In this document: positions 46,128 to 54,587 of the stretch, piece by piece | Layout of the letters: every line of letters starts with the position of its first letter | Position numbering within the stretch: the first letter of the stretch is position 1 | Source: Saprospirales bacterium | GTDB lineage: Bacteria; Bacteroidota; Bacteroidia; Chitinophagales; UBA8649 | Reading direction: 5' to 3' | Length of the DNA: 64,000 nucleotides | Assembly: GCA_002708985.1 (NCBI GenBank) | Contig: PAPS01000015.1 | Location: 429-64,428 of the forward strand | Position numbers and translations under genes: made by a program | Notes under the pieces: model-generated | Told to the model about the DNA's origin: nothing | The model's database searches: none | What the model saw: the letters and a program-made list of their open reading frames with translations, nothing else

Positions 46128-48350
46128 ATGCAGCGTAATCGATTTGACATATTTCGAGTTTTCCCACTCCAACTTTTTATAAGTCATGTAGTAAACTTTC
46201 CCTTACTCCTACTCCCGTGGATTGTAATCGTTGGACTAAGCACATCATACTTTGGAAACCACTTTGGTTTGCCCTCAATTATTTTAAGTCCTGAGTATTT
46301 TGGATCAGTATCTCCCTTGAGCTTCGCAATGTTAGGCTTTGCCATGGGATTGTTTCTTGTTCTTTGGCAAATGGTAAGTTACTTGTTACACTCCAACATG
46401 TATCCATTTTTAGCAGCGACACGTTGGCCTATCGCAGTGTTTTTTCTAAACAATGCCACCATCCCAATTTTTTCCGTTGGAATACACTGTTTTTGCATTT
46501 ACAGCTTTCAGAGCAATGCAGAGCTTATTGAAAATCAATTTGCCCTATTGCTTGTTTTCGCCTATCTCACAGGGATTTTTGCGGTACTTATTCTGAGTGT
46601 TGTCTACTTTACCCTATCCAATCAGGATCTTCATAAAGATTTTGCAATTAATAGTTTAGACGAGTCTACTTCTCTTCTAGCACGTCGAGGGCGAAGTCTG
46701 GGGTCCAACGTAAAGTACTACCTAACAAGAAGGGGACGATGGCAGCGCACTCGTGATGTAAGCCACTACAATTTTGTGCGAATTCACGCTACCTTTTTAA
46801 ATCACCACTGGAGTGCATTCTTCATTCAACTCGTAGTATTTATCTTTTTGATAGTCGCTGGAGCTTTTAATGAAAGGGCCTTTTACGATATTCCAGCAGG
46901 AGCTAGCCTATTGCTTAGCTTTTCTGTTTTGGTCTCCATTATCGGTTTCTTCACCTATTGGACTAGGCGATGGGCACTTCCTATCGTTATTGTTTTACTC
47001 CTGCTCTTTGACTGGTTTTCAAAAACGGAAGGAATCAATACCAATTCACATGCTTTAGGCTTAAATTACAATGGCTCCAAGGCCGAGTACAGCCTTTCTG
47101 CTTTGGACTCAATGGCCTCAGAAGAACATTGGATTTCTGACGCTGCCTTGGGCGAAGAGATGCTCAACAACTGGCTAGAAAACTATCAGTCATCCTATGG
47201 AGAGATAAAACCAAAAGTCGTAATTGTTTCGGCCGCCGGAGGAGGCATGAAGTCAGGGGTTTTTACGTTTAAAGGACTTCAGATACTTGACTCGCTATCC
47301 AATGACAAAGTTTCAGATCATACCTTGCTTATGTCTGGCGCTTCAGGAGGGATGTATGGATTGTCCTATTGGCGAGAGCTTCTATTAAGGGATCGAGTAA
47401 ACAATACAAGAGAACGAATAAGGGAGGAATATGTGGATGACCTAAGCCAAGACATGCTCAACAAATGGGCAGCTACTGTTGCCAGTAATGACTTGTTTTT
47501 GCCTTGGAATACGACAGTGTACCAAGGACAGAAGCATGCTATTGATCGAGGCATTGCCTTTGAAGAAAGCTTCAACGAAAACACAAGAGGTTATCTTGAA
47601 AAACCACTTTCCGACTATGCAGAGCCTGAGTACCAAGGCCTTATTCCGAGAATGTTTCTTAGCACACATATCATCAATGATGGTCGTGTCTTTTACTTAA
47701 ACCCGCACCCTATCCGATATCTTATGCGCAGTGGATCACCGAGTGATTCTACATTGGATTATGAAACCGACGCCATTGATTTTGGATCATTCTTTGCCAA
47801 TCAAGGTGGTCAAAATATTCGATTTATTTCGGCCATTAGAATGAATGCGAGTTTTCCTAATCTATTTCCTGCAGTGGCTTTACCAAGTAAACCAGAAACC
47901 CTTGTAATGGATGCTGGTGTCCGAGATAACCATGGAATCGAACCCATCGTACGTTTTCTTTATGCCCATAAAGAGTGGATTCATGAAAACACCTCTGGAG
48001 TTATCCTTGTCCAGTTCCGCACTACTTTAAAGCACAATACCATTGATGACACCTTCCTGCCGAGTTATTTAACACAAATCATACAACCCTTTGGAAACAT
48101 TGTAAGCAACCTCACAAAACAGCAGGATTATAAGCAAGACTATATGATTGCAGGGCTTCAAGAGGCCTTTGGGGATAAGCTCGACTGGGTTCAATTCGTT
48201 CTACCAAACGGCTCAGAATACAGTGAATATGACGTCCCCCTTAGTCTTAGGTTAAGCCAGGTCGAGAAAAAACGTGTCTTTAATGCCCTAGCGTGGGAAG
48301 AGAATACAAAGGAGTTTCAACGACTTATTGAGCTAATTCAAGATAAATAG
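46128..48350 (+). CDS. Polytopic membrane protein fused to a patatin-like phospholipase domain
   Basis: The track start at 46104 is a TTG; the ATG is at 46128, 5 nt after the lipoprotein stop. The N-terminal ~330 aa contain about eight hydrophobic helices. Patatin motifs follow: oxyanion SAAGGGMKSG, nucleophile elbow GASGG and catalytic Asp in DAGVRDNHG. Confidence 0.7.
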   Translation: MQRNRFDIFRVFPLQLFISHVVNFPLLLLPWIVIVGLSTSYFGNHFGLPSIILSPEYFGSVSPLSFAMLGFAMGLFLVLWQMVSYLLHSNMYPFLAATRWPIAVFFLNNATIPIFSVGIHCFCIYSFQSNAELIENQFALLLVFAYLTGIFAVLILSVVYFTLSNQDLHKDFAINSLDESTSLLARRGRSLGSNVKYYLTRRGRWQRTRDVSHYNFVRIHATFLNHHWSAFFIQLVVFIFLIVAGAFNERAFYDIPAGASLLLSFSVLVSIIGFFTYWTRRWALPIVIVLLLLFDWFSKTEGINTNSHALGLNYNGSKAEYSLSALDSMASEEHWISDAALGEEMLNNWLENYQSSYGEIKPKVVIVSAAGGGMKSGVFTFKGLQILDSLSNDKVSDHTLLMSGASGGMYGLSYWRELLLRDRVNNTRERIREEYVDDLSQDMLNKWAATVASNDLFLPWNTTVYQGQKHAIDRGIAFEESFNENTRGYLEKPLSDYAEPEYQGLIPRMFLSTHIINDGRVFYLNPHPIRYLMRSGSPSDSTLDYETDAIDFGSFFANQGGQNIRFISAIRMNASFPNLFPAVALPSKPETLVMDAGVRDNHGIEPIVRFLYAHKEWIHENTSGVILVQFRTTLKHNTIDDTFLPSYLTQIIQPFGNIVSNLTKQQDYKQDYMIAGLQEAFGDKLDWVQFVLPNGSEYSEYDVPLSLRLSQVEKKRVFNALAWEENTKEFQRLIELIQDK

Positions 48351-48356
48351 TGGGTT

Positions 48357-49337
48357 CTATCCGCGAATTTTGTCAAATACGTCGCGTAGTGTAATGCCTT
48401 CAGCCTCTGCCTTGTAATTGAGAAAAATACGATGACGAAGTACATTTGGAATAACCTCCGAAACATCGTCAATATTCGGTGTAAAAGCACCTCGCATTGC
48501 TGCCTTACACTTCGCAGCTAAAACAATAAATTGCGCCGCACGTGGGCCTGCTCCCCATGATACATAATGATTTACAAAGTCCATACTGTCAGGCAAATTA
48601 GGACGGCTTAATGTAACCACACGCACCGCATACTCTAGGGCTGCATCCGTAATTGGCATAGAACGAATAAATTGCTGGTAATCAATAAGTTCCTGCTGTC
48701 TTAAAACCACATTTAATGAAGGTTTTGAGAGACCTGTTGTTCGCCTTATAACCTCTTTCTCTTCCTCAAATGAAGGATATGTCATTTCGATTTGTGTCAT
48801 AAACCGGTCCAATTGAGCTTCTGGCAAAGGATATGTACCCTCTTGCTCAATAGGGTTTTGAGTTGCTAAAACGAAAAAGGGCTTAGGTAACAAGTGTTGC
48901 TCCCCAGCTATTGTAACTGATCGTTCCTGCATAGCCTCAAGTAACGCCGCCTGTGTTTTGGGAGGAGTTCGATTAATCTCATCAGCTAAAACTATATTGG
49001 AAAATATCGGCCCCTTATTGAAACGAAAGGCTTTTGACTCATCTAAAATTTCTGCACCAGTAATATCCGAAGGCATTAAATCAGGGGTAAATTGAATGCG
49101 TTGGAAGTCCAACTCAAGAACGCTTGAAAGCGTTTGAACTAGCAACGTCTTTGCCAAGCCAGGAACACCTACTAACAAACTGTGACTATCACAAAAAATA
49201 GACATCAATAAACCATCAACTGCCTCCTGCTGACCAACTATAGACTTACCGATTTCTTGACGTAGAGTTGCAACCTTCTGTGCAAACTCCTGCGCACGTA
49301 CTTCCATATTTTGCATATCGTTTTTGGTATTACTCAT
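48357..49337 (-). CDS. MoxR-family AAA+ ATPase
   Basis: 326 aa. Motifs are Walker A GVPGLAKT, Walker B LADEINR and ATQNPIEQEGTYPLPEAQLDRF (AAA_3 family). Confidence 0.9.
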   Translation of the reverse strand: MSNTKNDMQNMEVRAQEFAQKVATLRQEIGKSIVGQQEAVDGLLMSIFCDSHSLLVGVPGLAKTLLVQTLSSVLELDFQRIQFTPDLMPSDITGAEILDESKAFRFNKGPIFSNIVLADEINRTPPKTQAALLEAMQERSVTIAGEQHLLPKPFFVLATQNPIEQEGTYPLPEAQLDRFMTQIEMTYPSFEEEKEVIRRTTGLSKPSLNVVLRQQELIDYQQFIRSMPITDAALEYAVRVVTLSRPNLPDSMDFVNHYVSWGAGPRAAQFIVLAAKCKAAMRGAFTPNIDDVSEVIPNVLRHRIFLNYKAEAEGITLRDVFDKIRG

Positions 49338-49415
49338 AAACCTTCCAATTTTTCATTTGGGGACACGTCTCATAATCATTTGCTACATCAATGTATATTG
49401 ATGGGATTACTGTAT

Positions 49416-50684
49416 TCATCCAATCGTAGAGTGCTTTTTGCTTTTTTGTTCAAGGCAAACGGCTTTGAACTTGGAATAATCCTGTTCAATATTGGCTTGA
49501 TGAGCTTCTGTTTCTGAAACAAGCCGTATGAATCGATATCCCCGTTCTCCTCTGTAACCCTGAGTAGGAATAACTTGGCTATATCCGCCGACGGGAACGT
49601 CATCAAGCCTTACTGCAATAACCCCTTCTACTTCATCCATTTCAAAGAATGAATTGCCTGTTTTTTGGTTTTGTAACAGACCACCTTGATTTTTTGAAGA
49701 CATATCCATACTATATTCCTCAACCGCCTCTTCAAAAGTAATAGCTCCATCAAGAACTTTATCTCGAATACGATCTGCTTCCCTTCGAGCTGTATTGAGA
49801 TTCTCATCGGTCATTTCAGGACAAATCAGGACATGGCGTACGTGAATTCGCTCACCCTGACGCTCTAAAAGTTGAATAATATGGAAGCCAAATTCCGTTT
49901 CAATCACAGGGCTTATCTCCATAGGATTTTTCAATCGAAAGGCCGCAGACTCAAAAGCACTTACCATTTGCCCACGCCGAATAAAGCCAAGATCCCCTCC
50001 GATTTTACTTGAACCTGGGTCACATGAGTATACCAACGCTAAAAACTCAAAGTCCTCTCCATCTTGCAAACGCGCACTAAGTTTTTCTGCGGTGGAACGC
50101 GCCACTTGATTTTGGTCATCTGTGGGCTTTTCATACAATACAACCTCAGCTAATTCGACTTCAGCATTAAAGAAAGGGATACTATCCTGAGGTATTGCCT
50201 GATAGAAAGATCGCACCTCAGCCGGAGAAACAGATATGCCTGCTGTGATATTACCCTCCATGCGTGAAGAAAGTAATTGATCGAAGATATCTTCCCGAAA
50301 ATCAGCTTTAAGCTCCGTAATGGTTTTTCCGTAATAGGATTCCAAATTTTCCTGTCCGCCAAACATTTCTTCGAAATAAGCAATTCTACCATCGAGTTCT
50401 TGGTCAACTTCTTCATCCGATACGTAGATACTATCGCGCTCTGCCTGAATTACAAAAATCTTTTGCATCAGAAGATTATCAAGCGCCATGCACTCGAGAT
50501 CGGTCTTTGACTGGTCTGGATAGGCTTCTTGGAGCTGGAAAGACGCTATTTGGACATCACTCATTAATACAATTTCTCCTTCGACGTGCCCTACTATACC
50601 GTCACCAAGGACTTGACTGCGTAAAACAGAAACATAGCTAAATGAAATAGTTATGAAAGCAAGAAAAAGACGACTAGAATTCAT
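49416..50684 (-). CDS. Peptidylprolyl isomerase (SurA-like, parvulin domain)
   Basis: 422 aa with a signal peptide (LFLAFITISFSYVSVLRSQ). It has a SurA N-terminal-like chaperone region and a PpiC-type rotamase motif (GDLGFIRRGQMVSAFE...TEFGFHIIQL). Confidence 0.75.
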   Translation of the reverse strand: MNSSRLFLAFITISFSYVSVLRSQVLGDGIVGHVEGEIVLMSDVQIASFQLQEAYPDQSKTDLECMALDNLLMQKIFVIQAERDSIYVSDEEVDQELDGRIAYFEEMFGGQENLESYYGKTITELKADFREDIFDQLLSSRMEGNITAGISVSPAEVRSFYQAIPQDSIPFFNAEVELAEVVLYEKPTDDQNQVARSTAEKLSARLQDGEDFEFLALVYSCDPGSSKIGGDLGFIRRGQMVSAFESAAFRLKNPMEISPVIETEFGFHIIQLLERQGERIHVRHVLICPEMTDENLNTARREADRIRDKVLDGAITFEEAVEEYSMDMSSKNQGGLLQNQKTGNSFFEMDEVEGVIAVRLDDVPVGGYSQVIPTQGYRGERGYRFIRLVSETEAHQANIEQDYSKFKAVCLEQKSKKHSTIG

Positions 50685-50692
50685 ACAGATAC

Positions 50693-52597
50693 TTAAGGAT
50701 TCACAAGATTAATAAAACAACTCGTTACGCGAACAGATGTTGTTTCACGAAGTGAATAAATCCAAGATTTTTCAAGGTAATCTTGATAATCTGATATAAC
50801 AAATCCTCTGGTTTCATCGAAGGTTTTCCAAACATCATCTTCCTTTTTTTCTATTTGGAGAAACATTCCATTATCAAGGGCATGAGGTCCAATACTGAGC
50901 TTGTTGAGCTGATTAAAGTCCATAAGCCTCGTGTCACCAGGCCAAATACGCCAAGACTTCGACGATAATTTGTCTCGTTTTATCCCTTTTGCGAACAATT
51001 TTGAAAGTTTATTCGAATTGTTGGAAGCTTTGGATAACTTACGCAAAAAGGTAGAATCCTCAACAATGAAGTGCGAAGCAGTGATGAGCTGAGGCCAGAT
51101 GTAGGATGGACGGTTTTCTTCAAAAAATGCATTTAGTCCAGATGTATCGCGCACCGCTTCACGCCATACGCGTTCATTCATAAGTTCAAAAAGAAGCATA
51201 CCATCGCGATACTCCTGCATTTGGGTAGCAAATTCTACATTAACCTCATGAAGATGATCTCGATAGTAATCGTAGATTGTTTTCTGCTCATACGCCTTAA
51301 ACTTCTCTACGAGATAATATACCCGGTAGGCATCTTCGGACCCTCCATAATTATGTCCCATATATTCTTCCAAATCACCATAGGTCAATGTATCATAACC
51401 AATAACAAACAAGGTCATATCGGCTCTTTCAACGGACAGATCGGCATTTCCACTGAGCACATCCTTAGTAAAGTATTGCAGCATTTCCTCTATCGTTGTA
51501 TGCTGATTATATCCAAAGAGGCCTCTAGCTTCATACAAAAGAGAGTCCCTTTGAATTCTTGAGCGCTGACCCTGTTGTATTTTTCGAACTAGTCCACTGC
51601 GGACCTGATCTAAATCAGGAAAAGAATCAAGGGCAATCCATTGGATAAGGTAGAGAGTATCTCCTAACAAAAAAATCTCAGAAACATCACCAATCGTATC
51701 GATTGACAAGGCCTTCTCCACGTATTCATTTTGCCATGCAGAATTTGCCTGAGCACCGATTTTAATTGGATTACGTGAGCTTTTTCCATTCCGCGAAGTA
51801 GAATATTGAGCTGCATAACTTGAAAAGAGACTAGAATTACCCTCCACATCTCCAATGACTTGTTCTAAAAGCTGTCGATTTTCGGCAGATTCAGGTAAGG
51901 CAATTTGCAAATATGAAGAAGTACCATCAAAGGTGCGTTCCCCATTAACTTTTACCAAATGAATACCAAATCGGGTATATACCGGTTTGCTAATTTCACC
52001 AATCGGTGTCTTGTACATGGCGTTTTCAAATGCATATACCGTTTGAAACAATCCGAGATAACCTAAGGAACGATAGGTTAAATCAGCTCCAGAACGAGCA
52101 GCAGCTCTTTGAAGATTGTAACCGCGCGACAATTGACGTTGGACCTTAGTTAATGCATTAAGTGCTTTTGCGGAGTCAATTCGACCATCTACTTCCCGTT
52201 CCCAAGGGATCAAGACATGTTCTATGTCTCGTTGCACAGGCATACGCTCAAAAGCCTCCTGAACCAAACGATCAGTTATGCGCTCTTCTGTGAGATAGCT
52301 TTCGGCCAACTGCAAGCGGTAGCCATTAAACTCCCTAAGAATTCGGCTGATGGTATCCATTTCCAAGGCATAAGCCTCCTGAACTTTAAGCCTATAGTTG
52401 ATGTAGAGCTCAAGGTATTCGTATAGAGATGCCTCTGAGAAGTCAGCGCTTCCATCGATATTATTCTTGGTATACAGCCGGACGAAATCCTCTTGAGATA
52501 CGCGCTCCTCCCCTATTTCAATAATGGTTGCAATATCGGGACACTGAGCCAACAATCCATGGGTAATGTAAAAGCAGAATAAGAATATATAGCGCAT
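50693..52597 (-). CDS. Peptidylprolyl isomerase / SurA N-terminal domain protein (large periplasmic chaperone)
   Basis: 634 aa with a signal peptide (MRYIFLFCFYITHGLLAQ). It carries a parvulin-like segment (YRSLGYLGLFQTVYAFE...TRFGIHLVKV). It lies immediately upstream of the second PPIase, with an 8-nt gap. Confidence 0.7.
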   Translation of the reverse strand: MRYIFLFCFYITHGLLAQCPDIATIIEIGEERVSQEDFVRLYTKNNIDGSADFSEASLYEYLELYINYRLKVQEAYALEMDTISRILREFNGYRLQLAESYLTEERITDRLVQEAFERMPVQRDIEHVLIPWEREVDGRIDSAKALNALTKVQRQLSRGYNLQRAAARSGADLTYRSLGYLGLFQTVYAFENAMYKTPIGEISKPVYTRFGIHLVKVNGERTFDGTSSYLQIALPESAENRQLLEQVIGDVEGNSSLFSSYAAQYSTSRNGKSSRNPIKIGAQANSAWQNEYVEKALSIDTIGDVSEIFLLGDTLYLIQWIALDSFPDLDQVRSGLVRKIQQGQRSRIQRDSLLYEARGLFGYNQHTTIEEMLQYFTKDVLSGNADLSVERADMTLFVIGYDTLTYGDLEEYMGHNYGGSEDAYRVYYLVEKFKAYEQKTIYDYYRDHLHEVNVEFATQMQEYRDGMLLFELMNERVWREAVRDTSGLNAFFEENRPSYIWPQLITASHFIVEDSTFLRKLSKASNNSNKLSKLFAKGIKRDKLSSKSWRIWPGDTRLMDFNQLNKLSIGPHALDNGMFLQIEKKEDDVWKTFDETRGFVISDYQDYLEKSWIYSLRETTSVRVTSCFINLVNP

Positions 52598-52670
52598 AGA
52601 TTTTTCTTATGCCATAAATTTAGTAAACTCCGTGTTGCTTAAGCGATTACCTTTGTCTAAACTTTTATGA

Positions 52671-54095
52671 ATGGGTCGACGGAGGAGACAGTTACCACGC
52701 TACGACAGAATAACAATACATGGGCTCTCAAGTGAAGGCTTTGGGGTCGCACGCCATAATGACAAAGTAGTTTTCGTAGAAGATGCAGTACCAGGCGACC
52801 AGGGTGATGTACAAGTCACTAAAAGAAAACGACGGTTTGATCAAGCACAATTTATTCGTCGAGACCAAACAGGAACAGGAAGAGTACCTGCCCAATGCAA
52901 GCATCAATCAGTATGCGGAGGATGTCGTTGGATGATTGCGGACTATTCTCTTCAGTTGAGTGAAAAGCAGAGCATTGTAGAAAATGCCTTTAAACGTATT
53001 GGCCACCTTGAGCACCCGCCTATTGAGCCTATTCTAGGCGCAAAAAAGCTGTTTAACTATCGAAACAAGATCGAGTTTACTTTTGGCGCAAGGCGCTGGC
53101 TGACTAATGAAGAAGTCCAGTCTTCCGATGAATTCGATCGTGATGCATTGGGCTTTCATCCAAGAGGACGATTCCAAAATGTCGTAAAAATCGATGAGTG
53201 TCACTTGGTAGAAGATAGCATTGACAAACTGCGCAACAGCCTGTATAACAAGGCCAAGCAGGAAGGATGGACCTTTTTTGACCCTTTGGAACACACAGGC
53301 CTTCTCCGCCAACTATGCATTCGAGTGGGGCAAGGTGCCGATGAAATGCCACTTCTCATGGTCATCTTAGTTACCTCTCCACCTCCATCTGGTTTTCTCG
53401 AAGAAATAGTGCATTTCCTTGGTGGTCTTGAACTTAATACTGGGATTAGTCTCTATCACATTGAAAGCGACAAAAAAAATGATTCATGGACAGATCTAAA
53501 AGCAAATCACCTTCTTGGACCGAAATCGTTTTTCATTGCCTTAGGTGACAAGCACTTTCAGATAAAACCTCAATCATTCTTTCAAACCAATACCGACCAA
53601 GCCACAGCGCTGTATAATATCGTTAAAAAATATGCTCATCTAACAGGAAAAGAACATGTATTTGATTTGTATTGTGGTGTAGGAAGTATAGGGCTCTACC
53701 TCAGTGATGAATGCGCTAAGATTACAGGAATTGAACTGATTCCAGAGGCCATTGAAGATGCAGCTCTCAATGCACGTTTAAATGATGTGTATCATGCAGA
53801 ATACCACACAGGTGATGTCGGAGCGTTCATTAATGCTAATCACTTTACTAAGGAAAATAAGCCTGATCTAATTATAACGGATCCACCAAGAAGCGGAATG
53901 CATCAAGAAGTAGCCGAACGCCTGCGCGACTCCTCGATTGAGCGAATTATTTATGTAAGCTGTAATCCAAGTACACAGGCCCGCGATCTGGCCATTCTGT
54001 GCGAACGATATAATATTGAAGCCGTTCAGCCCGTCGATATGTTTCCTCAAACTCCTCACATCGAGTGTGTAGTTGCCTTAACTTTAAAAAAATAA
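52671..54095 (+). CDS. rlmD: 23S rRNA (uracil-C5)-methyltransferase RlmD/RumA family
   Basis: 474 aa. It has an N-terminal TRAM domain, an Fe-S cluster Cys motif (CKHQSVCGGCRW), SAM motif DLYCGVGSIG and catalytic DPPRSG ... YVSCNP. Confidence 0.85.
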   Translation: MGRRRRQLPRYDRITIHGLSSEGFGVARHNDKVVFVEDAVPGDQGDVQVTKRKRRFDQAQFIRRDQTGTGRVPAQCKHQSVCGGCRWMIADYSLQLSEKQSIVENAFKRIGHLEHPPIEPILGAKKLFNYRNKIEFTFGARRWLTNEEVQSSDEFDRDALGFHPRGRFQNVVKIDECHLVEDSIDKLRNSLYNKAKQEGWTFFDPLEHTGLLRQLCIRVGQGADEMPLLMVILVTSPPPSGFLEEIVHFLGGLELNTGISLYHIESDKKNDSWTDLKANHLLGPKSFFIALGDKHFQIKPQSFFQTNTDQATALYNIVKKYAHLTGKEHVFDLYCGVGSIGLYLSDECAKITGIELIPEAIEDAALNARLNDVYHAEYHTGDVGAFINANHFTKENKPDLIITDPPRSGMHQEVAERLRDSSIERIIYVSCNPSTQARDLAILCERYNIEAVQPVDMFPQTPHIECVVALTLKK

Positions 54096-54101
54096 TTGAT
54101 T

Positions 54102-54461
54102 ATGTCAGCTCCTCCTATTGATGAGAAAGCCCTTTTGATTCTGCGCGACGAAATTGACGTACTCAAAGGACTCTTAGAGGAAATTGTTACCGCGGTAACT
54201 ATGGCCGGCGTAAGTAACTACCCCATTTTCATAGCCCACAAGGGAGAGACTATGGACTTGGGAAGGCCTTTGGCAGAGGACCGTGAGGGAATGGATTGGC
54301 AGTTTCGCATTAGCCATCTTGAAGAAATGGTCCATAAAGGGGTCATCGTTCGTGAACATCTAGATGCATTTCGGGAGCGCTATAAATCAGCTGATCAGCA
54401 TTATACCTTTCTTGTTTTGCATAAGGCGCAACATCAATGGCTCTTTGTGCCTAAAGCGTAG
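54102..54461 (+). CDS. Hypothetical small cytoplasmic protein
   Basis: The track start at 54096 is a TTG; the ATG is at 54102, 6 nt after the rlmD stop. It is 119 aa with no signal peptide and no motif I recognise. Confidence 0.4.
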   Translation: MSAPPIDEKALLILRDEIDVLKGLLEEIVTAVTMAGVSNYPIFIAHKGETMDLGRPLAEDREGMDWQFRISHLEEMVHKGVIVREHLDAFRERYKSADQHYTFLVLHKAQHQWLFVPKA

Positions 54462-54587
54462 ACTCTTCACTAGAAAAGAGAAAGCTAGTTAATCCGTTAC
54501 TCAAAAAGGTTAGCAACATAGTCTAAGTTACTTTTCGCTGACTGAAAGGAAAATTAACCGATATCCCAAAATGAGGTCTAGAGCTTA

